From contig JAIVFI010000030.1 of the NCBI GenBank assembly GCA_025558095.1, positions 434,001 to 498,000 of the forward strand: a stretch of 64,000 nucleotides of DNA. The letters are read 5' to 3'. The notes beneath the pieces were generated by a model. The model was not told the origin of the DNA, made no database searches, and saw only the letters and a program-made list of their open reading frames with translations. The stretch comes from Hyaloraphidium curvatum SAG 235-1. Taxonomy: Eukaryota > Fungi > Monoblepharomycota. Each line of letters opens with the position of its first letter. Position 1 is the stretch's first letter. This document shows, piece after piece, positions 43,174 to 54,896 of this stretch. A program made the translations under genes and the position numbers.

Positions 43174-43580
43174 CGGTGCGGTTCGTTTGTTGCAGGTTGC
43201 GAGTCCTTCCCTGTGTGGCGGATTTACAGACTCAATCCATCCTGTTTGTGCCAATCGTCTCGTTCGTACCATCAGCATGAACCTTGCGAACACGTTGTCC
43301 TGACGGCCCAGGCCCTGACCGTGGCGGCATTGTGAGTCGCGCATCCGCCGCGGAGCATACGCTCGAGAGGTGTCCGCGGACACCGCTGGTACCTGCGGCT
43401 GTAGTCAATGTCTGTGTGCATAGGACGAATTGCTTGCAGACTCTGATGTCTGTTCTTCTGGAACATGTGGCAAATCAGGGCCCCGAGGAGGAATATTCCG
43501 GGGAAGGCTCCCCAGGCCCGTCTCCCAAACCTTTCCCCAGTCGTCGGCATCTGCATCGCTCTTGCCTCTAGCACGGGGCG

Positions 43581-44633
43581 ATGCAGTTGCTCCCCGTGTT
43601 CGCCTTCGCCATCGCCGCCATCGCGTGCGCCTCCGCCCCGGCCGCGGCGTCGGTCGTCTACACCGTCGAATACCTCGTCGGTCCCGACGGCGGTTCGTGT
43701 GGCCCTCTGATCAGTAAGCCCTCCCTCTGCCCGTGAAACCCGATCCACGACCCAACCGCCCCCTACATCCCAGACGCCAACACTCCCTGGTCCTCCGCCC
43801 TCCCTCCCGTCACCATAACCGTCAAGGTCAGCCCGGGGGACCCGTGCTTCAGCTTCTTTCCCACGCAGCAGCGGCTCGCGCCCTGCATGCCCACGGGCGG
43901 AGGGGGGCCGACCCCGGTGGGGAGGCAGTGGTGCGTGCCGGGGAACGAGATGCCGAGGTCGTCGAACGGGTACTACGGATGTGAGTATCCGTGCGCTGCA
44001 AATTGATACGAACTGATGTGGTTGCATCAGGGGTGGACACGGGTGCCATCCCGACGAGCTGGCTCAACGGTGAGTTTCTTCTTCGGGGCGATCCCGCTCG
44101 TCCGCTCATCGCTCCGCTTCCGACAGCCCCGTTCAACGAGTACATCCTACACTACCAGAACACTACCACCACCTGCCCCGTCCCTGCCGCCGCCGGCAAC
44201 AGGATCATCGTCTCGGAGATGTACTTCGTGGGCGTCACACTCTCCGACTCCGCCCCGGCCTTGCCTGACGGATCACCTGCACCTTTAGGGCGCCACGGCC
44301 TACCTCTCGAGCAACGCGGCCGGCACGGGCACGATCACCTGCCCCGCGCTCAACCGCAAGCAGTGCCCGACGACGGCGGGGACGTGGTCCATGAACGCCA
44401 ACGACTTCCGCGTGAAGACCAGGGGGGGGACGTGCGGCAAGCTGGGTGGGTTTTCGGCATGCCACGGCCTGATTGGATGCTCATTTGGGGTGTCTGCAGC
44501 TGATTCGGCGCTCAAGGCCAGCGTGCCGGCTGTGAAGAAGTCGACGACCAGGAAGCGCACGACCACGAAGAGGAAGACGTCGACCAAGAGGAAGGCGACC
44601 ACGAAAAAGAGGACGACGACGAAGAGGGCGTGA
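43581..44633 (+). CDS. Secreted Cys-containing protein with a basic K/R/T tail, multi-exon
   Basis: Signal peptide MQLLPVFAFAIAAIACASA; several short introns; C-terminus KKSTTRKRTTTKRKTSTKRKATTKKRTTTKRA*. Exon structure uncertain. Confidence 0.55.
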
Positions 44634-44804
44634 GGGTGCAGGAGGGGTTCGCGGAACCATAGGATCTAAAAGCGATGCTCGCTAGCTTTAGGCCGACGGT
44701 TGATGACCCGGGCCGGATGTGGCAAAGCTCGCGCCGTCTCGCAAAGGAAAAAGCACACGCATCGCTTCCAAATCGTTGTCTCCGCGGTCGTTACTCTCTC
44801 CGCG

Positions 44805-45790
44805 ATGAAGTCATTCACCGGCAAGCTCGCCGTGGTCACTGGCGGCGCGTCCGGGATGGGCCGTTCCCTCGTCCGCGCCCTGGCGCGCGACGGCTGCTCC
44901 GTGGCCTTCTGCGACGTCCGCGAGGGCGAGGACTCGGAGGAGACGCGCCGACTGGCCGAGGCGGATGCCGCCGCCGCGGGCCACCGCGTCAGAATCACTT
45001 CGCACGCGTGCGACGTGTCCAAGGAGGCCGACTGGATCCGGTTTCGGCGCGAGGTCGTCTCCCAGCACTCGGCGGACCGCGTTGAGCTCCTCTTCAACAA
45101 CGCCGGGATCGGCGGCGGGGCGTCGCTGGTCAACTCGCCGCGGGGCGAGTTCGAGCGCTGCTTCGACGTGTGCTACAACGGGGTCTACCTCGGGGTCATC
45201 ACCTTCCTCGCGCTACTCCGCGCGGCACCCGAGGCCCGTGTGGTCAACACCGCGTCGGCAGCGGCCTTCTTCCACATGGTCAGTTTGCTAGTATTCGAGA
45301 AACCGCGAGCTTGCGGCCAACCAGTCTCGACCGATTCTAACACCGGCTCCTTTAGGGATCGCCCGCGTACGCCGCGGCCAAGGCCGCCGTAAAGGGCCTC
45401 ACCGAAGCTCTGATCACTGATTTCCGCGTTAACTGCCCCAACGTCAAGGCGTCGGTGGTCATGCCCGGCCACATTGGCACCGGCATCTTCGCCAACACGG
45501 TCACGGTGCAGGGGAACAGGATCGGGAGGAAGGGGAGGGAGCTGGCAAAGATCTTCGAGGAGGGAGCGCCGGTCACGGCCGACGGCGCCGCGGAGATCAT
45601 CCTCAACGGCGTGCGGGCGGATAAGTGGAGGATCCTCGTCGGAGCGGACGCCGAGGAGCTCGATCGGATGGTCAGGGAGCGGCCCGAGGAGGTCTATGAG
45701 CCCGCGTTCCTGGAAGAGATGGGCCGGAGGGGCATCTTCACCTCGACCCCGAGGGTGCCGGCGCCCAAGGCAGGAGAGCCCAAGATGTAG
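44805..45790 (+). CDS. Classical SDR oxidoreductase, bacterial-like; 2 exons
   Basis: VTGGASGMG, FNNAGIGG, VNTAS; intron ~45279-45355; YAAAK, VVMPGHIGT and WRILVG.DA. Confidence 0.88.
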
Positions 45791-46125
45791 TGGATGACAA
45801 GAAAGAGCAGGCAACAGAGAGATGTAGAAGAGCGCAATTGCACCATAATGGCTTGCTCGATGGCAGGGAAGCGGCACTGCACCGGCCGGTTTAGCTGATG
45901 ACAGGGACCAGGGACAGGCCGCAGCAACAAACGCCGGACCCCTCCGTCCACCGCGGACTGCGCGCACAGCAGAGCCTCCGCATCCGGCCATCGCAATTCA
46001 TTCTTCCTCCGCCGCAAAGGCCTGGGGCGGCCCGCGCGCCTTTTGCTCCTCCCGCGCCGGGCGCGCGCGCTGACTGCCGGGACCCCGAGGAACCCCCGCG
46101 CCCGCCGCCGCGCGCATCGCGCAGA

Positions 46126-48403
46126 ATGCAGCTCGCCGAGGGCCGCGCGTTGCCGCTCGGCGCCCACTGCGTCCGCGGTGGGGTGAATTTTGCCGTGTGT
46201 GCGCCGAACGCGTGGAACGTCGAGCTCTGCGTTTTCGCGGACGGCGGGGAGACACGGTTCCCCATGAGCGGGCCGACCGACGGGGTGTGGCACGGGTTCC
46301 TGGAGGCTGCCGGACCGGGACTTGTCTACGGGTACAGGGCGCACGGGCCGTACGAGCCCTGGAGGGGACACCGGTTCAATCGGAATAAGCTGCTGCTGGA
46401 CCCGTACGCCAGGTGGGCACAGAGCGCTCCGATTGTCTGATCCAGCTGATTGCCTCGTCTCTCGTTCCTGCGTTGTCGTGTTCGACCGCCCCCCTTCCTC
46501 GACGGGCCCTCTGGTGACACCTGTCAACCTCTCTGTTATCCCTTTGATCAGGGACATTGTCGGCCGTTTCGAATGGCGCCCGGAGCAGTTTGGCTACATC
46601 AAGGACTTTCAAGGATGGACGCCGCACCCGACTTTCACCTTTGACGAGCGCGACAACGCCTCGTTTGCCCTAAAGTCCCGCGTCGCGCCGCCCACGGACC
46701 ACCTTGCCGTCCTTGAGCTCGACGACGGCCGACCCCGGGTGGACGACGCGGACATGGTAATCTACGAGGTTCACGTCAAAGGATTCACGAAGCAGATGCC
46801 CGGCATTCCGGCCGAGCTGCAAGGGACCTACGCCGGGCTGGCCCACCCGGCTTCGATCGCCTACCTGAAGGACCTGGGCGTCACCACCCTCTCTCTTCTG
46901 CCCGTGCACTACTCGCTCGACGAGAGTCACCTCGCGGAAAAGGGTCTCACCAACTACTGGGGCTACAACACCATCGGCTTCTTCTGCCCCAACCCGCGGC
47001 TCTCCGCGACGCCGGACGACTGCACCGCCGCGGCGGTTGAGTTCCGCGGCATGGTCCGCGCGCTGCACGCCGCGGGGCTCGAGGTGCTCCTGGACGTGGT
47101 CTACAACCACACCGCGGAGGGCGGATCGCTCGGCCCCACTGTCTGCTTCCGCGGGTTGGACCACGCGTCCTACTACCGTCTGGTTGTCAACGACCCGACC
47201 AACTGCGACGACTTTACCGGCTGCGGCAACACCCTAGCCGTGTGGCACCCCCGCGTCGCGCAGATGGTCCTGGACTCGCTGCGCTATTGGGTCTCGGAGA
47301 TGGGCGTCGACGGCTTCCGCTTCGACCTGGCCCCCGTTTTGGGGCGCAAACGCTCCTCGGCCTTCAGCACCCACGCCCCCTTCTTCAACGCGCTGCTGCA
47401 GGACCCCGTGCTGCAGAAGGTCCGGCTGGTCGCGGAGCCGTGGGACTGCGGGCACAACGGGTACCACCTGGGCGGCTTCCCGGGCCCGTTTTTGGCGTGG
47501 AACGACAAGTTCCGCGACGACGTCCGGGCATTCTGGCTGCACGGTGCCGAGGGGTGGAACCGGAACGCCGGGCACCCGGTGGTGACCAGGGGGATGATCG
47601 CGGGGAGGCTCACGGCGTCGGCCGACGCCTTCCACTCCCGCGGTCGTGGGCCGCTGGCCTCGGTCAACTTTGCCGTGGCGCACGACGGGTTCGCGCTCGC
47701 GGACGTGGTGTCATACTCGCAAAAGCACAACGAGGCCAACATGGAGGACAACAGGGACGGGAGGGACAGTGAGATTTGCGCCAACTTTGGGGAAGAGGGG
47801 CCGACGGAGGACGCCGAGATGAGGCGGAAGCGGGGGCTCGTCCAGCGCGCCATCCTGGCGACCCTGCTGCTGTCCCAAGGCACGCCGATGCTCTGCGCCG
47901 GCGACGAGGTCGGCAAGACGCAGGGGGGGAACAACAATGCCTACAACCAGGACTCGCCCATCTCGTGGATCGACCACGCCAACGCGGATCGGACGCTGTA
48001 CGCCTTTACCTCGCGCCTGCTGGCGCTCCGACGCCGCCATCCCCTCCTCCGGCACCCCAAGTGGTTTGCCGATGGCGCCGGCGTCGAGCCGGGCAGCGAC
48101 GTGCCCCGGCTAAAGTGGCTCCGCCCGGACGGGCAGCCACTGACCCACAACGACTGGCAGTCGCACCACGAGCGCGCCTTCGTGCTGCATTTTGCGGGCG
48201 CGGGGAGCCAGCCGCTCGCGGTGGCGTTCAACCCGCACGCGGAGGAGGAGGCGTTCGCGATCGACGGGCTGTGGAAGGTGGAGGTGGACAGCAGCGGCGA
48301 GGTGGCGGGGTGGCAGGGGACGGAGGACGTGACGGTGGATGGGGAGCTCGAGGTTCCGGCGCACTCGGTCGTCGTGCTGGCGAGGTTGGACGGGCCACCT
48401 TAG
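46126..48403 (+). CDS. glgX: GlgX-type glycogen debranching enzyme / isoamylase (GH13 with CBM48); 2 exons
   Basis: PLGA..GVNFAV, KLLLDPYAR; intron 46413-46551; IYEVHVKGFT, NYWGY, DVVYNHT, GFRFDLA, AEPWD, HDGF, SQGTPML and GNNNAY. Catalytic D/E/D intact. Confidence 0.95.
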
Positions 48404-48424
48404 GTGACATGACTATAATCTAGT

Positions 48425-49299
48425 AGACGTTCCAGACGCGCTGCTACTCTCTCCCGCTACCAGTATTGAAGTACCATCGTCCAACCTTTACTTTGACTTC
48501 AAAGCCGTCTTTGCGCACTTTACCCGCAGATGAGCAAATGACTTCGTCGTCGTCTTCGTCGTCGGAAGACCACAAGGTAGTTTCTTGCTCGAGTGCGGCA
48601 TTGTGCAGAGCTTGAGCAAGAGAGGAACAGGCATACGTTGGCGGCGAGAGAGAGAGAGAGAGAGGGGAGGAGCGAAGACAATCATCGGTTGAATCCTCAA
48701 TAACGTCTTTGCTCCGCTCGTATGCCTCAGAAGTAGAGTGAAGATAACGACCTGAAGCTTTCCTCAATGCACCATCGCGAACACAATCATCGGCTAGATC
48801 CTCAATAACGAATTTGCTCCGCTCGTATTCAGTCCTCATGCTCCGCTCGTATTCAGTCCTCAATGCAGCTGCGTGAAATGCATTTCCGCTATTCAGATGA
48901 TTGCTCAAGTGCTCGACTATTGCACCAAATGGCAATGAATGACGAAGAACGAGATCCACTTCAGTGCACCGCGCCATCAGGTCCCACGCAAAGTCGTCGT
49001 CTGCGATCTCGACCGGACGCACCAAAACCGACCCATTGGTAAGACCTGGCTCCCGGCTCTGGAGCGACGCAAACAGCATTAGCTCATGATGCTGATACGT
49101 CCATGAAGAGGACTGTGACGACATGCGCGGATCTGGTCGATATGCCCATGCCCAGGCTCTCGAAGATATTCACAGATTGATCTTCGCAGAGCAACATCGT
49201 CGCTAGATCGAGTGAAGCATTTGTTCGTTCTCTCGTCGATCTCAAGTACCGCAAGTCAAGCTGTTGTCCCGTCCCGGCCAAAATACGAACATGTGCAGC
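48425..49299 (-). other. Low-GC island with a degenerate ORF (48444-49124), internal repeats and a (GA)n tract
   Basis: About 47% GC in a sampled line, against visibly higher GC in the flanks. Repeated YERSK..VIED..DDC units, (GA)n near 48646-48664, and TCTAGT at both edges. Confidence 0.5.
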
Positions 49300-49457
49300 T
49301 CTAGTGGAACTTAAGGAGCGGGCAGTAGTTGCAGAACAAGCAGAGCCCTGTCAAGGCGGCTTGTTGTTGGACTGGCTGGCCCGGGGGAGTTGCCCACGGC
49401 AGGTGACTCGAGTCCCGCTCGCTCTCAACCTTCTCTCAACTACGACACGGTTGCGCG

Positions 49458-51923
49458 ATGGAAACCCGCCGCGGCCGCCGCATCGCCGCCCGGCCCGATG
49501 CACCCGTGTTTGTCGCGGCCACGCCGACGCTCGCGGGCCTCCCGCTCGAGACGCGCGCGGCGGTGCTCGGACTGCTCGTGGACCGCGGTGACCTCTGCGC
49601 GGCGTGGAAGGCCGCCTCCGCGTGCCGGTCGCTGATGCTCGCGTTCAAGGCGATGCCGCTGTGGGCGCGTTTGGCGGCGAAGCACGGCTGGAAGCCCCGC
49701 GGGAAGGCGGCACCGGACGACGCGCTGGCGGTCGGCAAGATCCGTGCGGCCAAGAAGCACCTCTGCCACACGTGCTTTGCGCTCGACGACGTCTGCTACT
49801 TCGTGCAAGTCGAGCTCGGCGTGTTCCGCCGCTTCTGCGAGTCGTGCGCCGCGGGCATCTGGAAGGCATTCCCGTTCGTTCGCGAGGCTTCGAAGGCCGC
49901 CCCGGCTGCCCCGACGATCATCCTGGCCGGCGTAGGGAACCTGTTTTCATACTCGGTGCAAGAGGAGTGGAAGATGTTCGGCGGCCGGGAAGGGCGTATC
50001 GCGAGGTACCGCGCCGAGGAACAGCGAATCCGGACGGCGGCGGAGAAGTACGCCCGCACGAAGCTGCGCGAGATCGCCAAGGAGCTCGGCATCGAGGCCC
50101 CATGGGACGAGGAGGCAGCGAGCAAGGTCACGGTGACCCACAGTTCCAACCACATCGACGTCGGGCGGCAGATCGTTTCGGTCCTCGCCACCGAGGCCGC
50201 TGTGCAGGAGCTCAAGCTCGGCGTGTTCCGTCCCAAGCTCAGGTTCCCCGAAGCGGCGTTCGAAGCGGAACGCCTGCGCGTCGGACACCTCGAAGCCCGC
50301 TGGCTCGAGCAGCAGAAGATCCGCAAAGCCGAACACGCGGCCCGAGACGCAGAGGCGTGGAACGCCCTCGTGGAAATCCTCGGACCGGCGCCGCAGCTCC
50401 CGGCATTCGCGCACCAGTTCGTCGTGGAGTGCCTGCGGAGGAAGGAAGGGCTCAAGCCGGAGCTCGTTAAGCGGGTGCTGTGCATCGAGAAGCTTCTAGA
50501 TGCTGCCGGGGTCACGGACGAGGTGCGGGCCGGTCTGCCTGGATTATGGGAGCGCGAGACCCGTGCCGTTTCTCTCTTCGTGGACATGCGCGTCTCTCCT
50601 GGCCCGGATCAATCCTTCTCGTGTCTTTCGGAGGGGGAACTCGGCTTCCTCCCGGATCCCGTCCGCTCCGCGATCGACGCCGCCATCATCTCGCGCCGCT
50701 TTCCCGCTGTGGAGGCCGAGCTGGGAGCTGTGCTGCAGGCTGCAGTGCGGAACGAGCCCGGGACCGCCCAGGTCCGCTCGTGGTTCTCTGCGGCCCCCTC
50801 GGCAGACGACGTGCTCGCGCTGCTTTCGGAACCCCTGCGCCGCGTATTCGCTTCAAACACCGCCGACGTCGACGAAGTTGCCGCGCGCGCAATCGACGTC
50901 CGCGGCCACGCCGAGGTGGTCGACGTCCTGGGGTCGCTGTCTCCCGCCGTGCTCGCCCATGCCTTGCTCCCGTGCGCCAAGGACTCCAACGAGTCGATGG
51001 ACAAGGCCTGCGCCGCGGTGCAGCACGCCCTGGGGCCGGAGTTCCCGCGCTTCGTCACCGACCAGGCCTTCGATTCGCTCCCTCCCTCCACTTTGGACGC
51101 CGTGGCAAGCGAGGCGGCCGGGCTGTGGATCGCTGGCCACGGGTGCGAGCTACCGGAAGCCGCCGCCGCGGGCAGCCCGGCCAGGGTCAAGGTGCTCCAA
51201 GCGATACATGCACGAGTCCGAAAGGAGCTCGAGGAAGCGCTGCGCGCGGCGGGGACAGCGACTGCCCAAGAAGAGCTCGCCGACGACGGGATCGACAAGA
51301 ACGCGCTCAAAGCCTTCGAAAGAAACCTGTCCCAGTTTCCTGCAAGGGAAGCAGGCGAGCTGAGGGAGATTTGGGAAGCTGCCTATGTCACGGCCGTGCT
51401 CGACCAGGCCAGAGAGGCGCTGCTGGCGGCCGGGAGGGCGCTGCCGTCGACGCAGCCCGCCTTCTTCGCGGTGGCGGACCCGGAGCTGGCGCGCAAGTTC
51501 CGCCTGGCCTTGGGCATGCCCGGGGCTGCGCGGGTCGCGGAGTGGCCTGTCGAAGGAGGGCCGGCGTGGCGCCGCCGTGTCGCGGAAGAAGCTGCCAGGC
51601 ACGATTCGCGGATCAACAACCTGGTGGCGTCCCTCCCGCTGGACCAGCTGCGCCAGGTCGGTTCGGTTCCCGCGGAGCTGCTCCCCCGCCTCGGACTGGC
51701 GGCGCCCAGCCTGGGAGCGGACCTCATGTGGCGGCAGACGGTTGCGCGCAGGTTCCTCCGCGAGAGGCGCGCCGGCACCGATCTGTCGGCGTTTGCCGAA
51801 GCCGTGGAGGAGCTCGCGATTGATGCTCCCGGCTCGGAGGGCTGCGCCAGGTGCGGGTTCTACAGGAGCAAGGGGGCGCCTACCGAGTTCGTGAGACGGA
51901 ACCATGTGTGCACGAGAGCGTGA
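49458..51923 (+). CDS. F-box-like protein with a CxxC...CxxC zinc motif, intronless, 821 aa
   Basis: LAGLPLETRAAVLGLL..ACRSL...PLWARL; CHTC and CESC; terminal CARC..H.C. Confidence 0.65.
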   Translation: METRRGRRIAARPDAPVFVAATPTLAGLPLETRAAVLGLLVDRGDLCAAWKAASACRSLMLAFKAMPLWARLAAKHGWKPRGKAAPDDALAVGKIRAAKKHLCHTCFALDDVCYFVQVELGVFRRFCESCAAGIWKAFPFVREASKAAPAAPTIILAGVGNLFSYSVQEEWKMFGGREGRIARYRAEEQRIRTAAEKYARTKLREIAKELGIEAPWDEEAASKVTVTHSSNHIDVGRQIVSVLATEAAVQELKLGVFRPKLRFPEAAFEAERLRVGHLEARWLEQQKIRKAEHAARDAEAWNALVEILGPAPQLPAFAHQFVVECLRRKEGLKPELVKRVLCIEKLLDAAGVTDEVRAGLPGLWERETRAVSLFVDMRVSPGPDQSFSCLSEGELGFLPDPVRSAIDAAIISRRFPAVEAELGAVLQAAVRNEPGTAQVRSWFSAAPSADDVLALLSEPLRRVFASNTADVDEVAARAIDVRGHAEVVDVLGSLSPAVLAHALLPCAKDSNESMDKACAAVQHALGPEFPRFVTDQAFDSLPPSTLDAVASEAAGLWIAGHGCELPEAAAAGSPARVKVLQAIHARVRKELEEALRAAGTATAQEELADDGIDKNALKAFERNLSQFPAREAGELREIWEAAYVTAVLDQAREALLAAGRALPSTQPAFFAVADPELARKFRLALGMPGAARVAEWPVEGGPAWRRRVAEEAARHDSRINNLVASLPLDQLRQVGSVPAELLPRLGLAAPSLGADLMWRQTVARRFLRERRAGTDLSAFAEAVEELAIDAPGSEGCARCGFYRSKGAPTEFVRRNHVCTRA

Positions 51924-52137
51924 TCGTGTGGGGTCGGCAAGGCGGCGTCGTGGGAACGGAGTTCCAGCACATGTGACTCTGAAGACGGATCGATGGGAAG
52001 CTGAACGAATTCGGCCGAAGGCAGTAGGATGTTCATCATTTGCGGACTTTGAAACTCCGTGACAGCCCGCGGTGGTGCAGCACGCCACTCTGCGCGTCCC
52101 GCATCCGCTCCCGCATCTCACTCCACGCCCCGCCGCG

Positions 52138-53295
52138 ATGCGCGTCACCTTCCTCGGCACGAGCAGCGGCACGCCAACGCGGCACCGCAACGTCTCCTCG
52201 ATTGCCGTCCACGACCTCGAGCGCTCGTCCGACGTCCTGCTGTTCGATTGCGGCGAGGGCACGCAGCACCGCTTCCTGGCGCCGGAATGCCCCGCAAACA
52301 CCTCCAAATTGTCGCACGTGTTCATTTCCCACCTACATGGAGATCACTGCTTCGGGCTGCCGGGGCTGCTGGCCTCGATGAGCATGGCCGGAGGCAGACC
52401 CGGCGGTGGGGAAGCACCGGCAGCGGAGGACGGGGTGCCGGAACCGGGCCGCACGGTGCGGATATTCGGACCGGTCGGTCTGAAATTCATGCTCAGGACA
52501 GCGTTGGGGCTCAGCGAGACTGGGTTGGGGTTCAATCTCGGGATTTCGGAGTTGGTCCCACGGGACACGACTTCCGAGGCAGTGGAGCAGTACCGGGCGT
52601 CCTTGCCCCCCCCATTGCCGTACGAGACAGGCGCGCAGGCAGATTGGATGGTGTTTTTCGACGAGGAAAGGGGCTGCTACCCGGCTTTCTGCCGCGTGGC
52701 CGGAAGCTACGTCGTCAGCGCCGCTCCTTTAGCCCACCGAATCGCTAGCTTCGGCTTCCTGATTGCCGAGGACCCCTTGCCGGGCAAGCTGGATGCCGCC
52801 AAGTGCGATGCCCTTGGCGTGCCCAGGGGCAAGCTGCTCTCGGAGCTCAAGTCCGGCCGCGACGTCGTGCTCCCTGACGGACGCGAGGTCCGGGCTGCGG
52901 AAGTGCTCGGCCCTTCGCAGCCCGGGCGCCGGATCGTCATCCTTGGTGACACGTGCGACAGCTCGCAGATGGCCGGGCTGGCCGCGGACTGCGACCTCAT
53001 GACCCACGAAGCCACGCTTGAGGACGGGATGGAGGCGCTCGCGGTCGAACGGGGCCACAGCACGCCGTCGATGGCCGCGAAGTTCGCGGCGTCGGTGGGC
53101 TGCCAGAGGCTGGTGCTCACGCACTTTTCGGCGCGGTACCTGCCGCCGTCCAAGGCAGGGGACGGGCAGCCGAGCACGGCGATCTTGCTGGACCAGGCGC
53201 GGGAGGCGGCCGATCGGGAGGGGGCGAGGGCGATGGTGGTCACGGCGGCGGAGGACTTTGCTTCGATCAAGGTTCCGAGGCGGCATCCTACGTAG
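52138..53295 (+). CDS. Ribonuclease Z, short form (ELAC1/tRNase ZS)
   Basis: MRVTFLGTSSGTP..RN, LFDCGEGTQ, SHLHGDH, exosite PGKLD..LGVP.G, GDT, HEAT, HST and LTHFSARY. Confidence 0.93.
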   Translation: MRVTFLGTSSGTPTRHRNVSSIAVHDLERSSDVLLFDCGEGTQHRFLAPECPANTSKLSHVFISHLHGDHCFGLPGLLASMSMAGGRPGGGEAPAAEDGVPEPGRTVRIFGPVGLKFMLRTALGLSETGLGFNLGISELVPRDTTSEAVEQYRASLPPPLPYETGAQADWMVFFDEERGCYPAFCRVAGSYVVSAAPLAHRIASFGFLIAEDPLPGKLDAAKCDALGVPRGKLLSELKSGRDVVLPDGREVRAAEVLGPSQPGRRIVILGDTCDSSQMAGLAADCDLMTHEATLEDGMEALAVERGHSTPSMAAKFAASVGCQRLVLTHFSARYLPPSKAGDGQPSTAILLDQAREAADREGARAMVVTAAEDFASIKVPRRHPT

Positions 53296-53476
53296 ATTGT
53301 CCCGTGTTGAAGTCGCACATATTCCACGCCAGTTTTGGGGGCGGCCGACGCGGGAGACATTACGCCATTCCTCGCACCTCACCCCTGCCACCTCGCTCGC
53401 TGGCCCACCGGGTCCCCTGCTCCTGGTTCTCGGAGCCGAAGCCGCACCAAGCGAAGCATCTCGCCACTGCGCCGCG

Positions 53477-54694
53477 ATGGCCCCCGTGCCCGAAGAGCGC
53501 CCGACCGATGCGGCGCCGTCCAAGGACTTTTCCGAGATTCCCATCCTGGACTACGAGCTGTCGCTCACCGACCGGCCAAAGTTTCTGGAACAGCTGCGAC
53601 ACGCGCTTCACGTCGTTGGGTTCATGTACCTGAAGAACGCGCCCGGCTTCTCGGCCGAGGACCAGGAGCGGCTGTTCCGGCTCGCCCATACCTTCTTCGA
53701 AGACGTGCCGCTCGAGACGCGGATGAAGTACCACGAGGACGAGCACTTCCACGGGTTCCTGCCGCCCAAGAACACGCAGCTCATCCAGTGGCTCCACTAC
53801 TCGTACGGTCACCCGCCGCACGACCGCAACGACGAGTCGGTGCCCTTCATCCGCCGAGTCATCGACGGGCACAACATCTGGCCCGACGAGCCCGAGGTCG
53901 CGGGGTTCCAGGAGGCGTACGAGCGGCACCTCGCCAACTGCGATGCCCTGAACCGGTTCCTGCAGCGCTCCGTGGCCGAGATGCTCGGCTTGCCGCAGGA
54001 CTCGTTCGACAAGTACTTCTGGGGGCCAAACGGGGAGCGCCTGGGCTTTGCTTCCGTGCGCCTGATCCACTACACGCCCTACGACGAGGCCGCCGAGGAG
54101 AGGCAGAAGCGCATGGTCCGCTCCGACGACGGCAAGCCGCTCTCCCTCCCCGCGCACCGCGACAGTACCGCTTCGTTCACACTGCTGATCAACGACGACG
54201 ACGGACTCGAGGTGCTGAACCACTCCGGCAGGTGGATTCGGGCGCCGCCGCTCGCGGGGCACGTTGTGGTCAACATCGGGATGCCAATGAGCATACTCAC
54301 GGACGGGTACCTGGTCGCCACGCTGCACAGGGTCGATTCGACGCTGGCAAAGGGGAAGCGGATGTCGATCCCGTGCTTCCTGTCCCCCGATCCGACAGCG
54401 ACGCTGGTGCCGCTGGGGAGCTTCGGGAGGAAGGAGCTAGGGGACGCGGTTGAGGCGTCGATTGCGCACCAGTCGAACCCGCTGAACCTGAAGAGCTGGA
54501 ACGCGCTGGACACGGGGAGGAGGATCCTTTACCAGGTTGGTTGCTCGCTCGGCTTCTTCGCCAAACGAAAACGCTCACAATGCTGATCGTCTCAGCGCCG
54601 AATCAACCATGCGAACACTTTCCTGAAGCACTGGCCCGAGCTGGCCAACGAAATCGATGCTGAGCTCGGGGACACGGTGCGGATCAGCGACTAG
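53477..54694 (+). CDS. 2OG-Fe(II) dioxygenase (IPNS/DIOX_N family); 2 exons
   Basis: IPILDY, VGFMYL, NIWP, AHRD, VVNIG, TLHRV and RMS; intron ~54536-54595. Confidence 0.9.
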
Positions 54695-54896
54695 CCTGTT
54701 AGGCGTGAGCGCGTTCGAAATGTGTTCAATGTTCAAAAGTGTGGTCCTCGTGTCATACACTACGCTGTTTTGCCTTACAGGAGGTCGTTGCTGGCATCGA
54801 GGTGTGTTGGAAGTCCAAGGGCCGGCGCCCCCCATTCTTGTCCTTGCCCCGCGTCTCCCAAACCCAAATCCCGCGATACGGTTCAAGTTGCCAATA

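Noticed and set aside
44805-48403. Bacterial contamination or a prokaryotic operon
   Set aside because: Both the SDR and glgX contain spliceosomal introns and match host composition.
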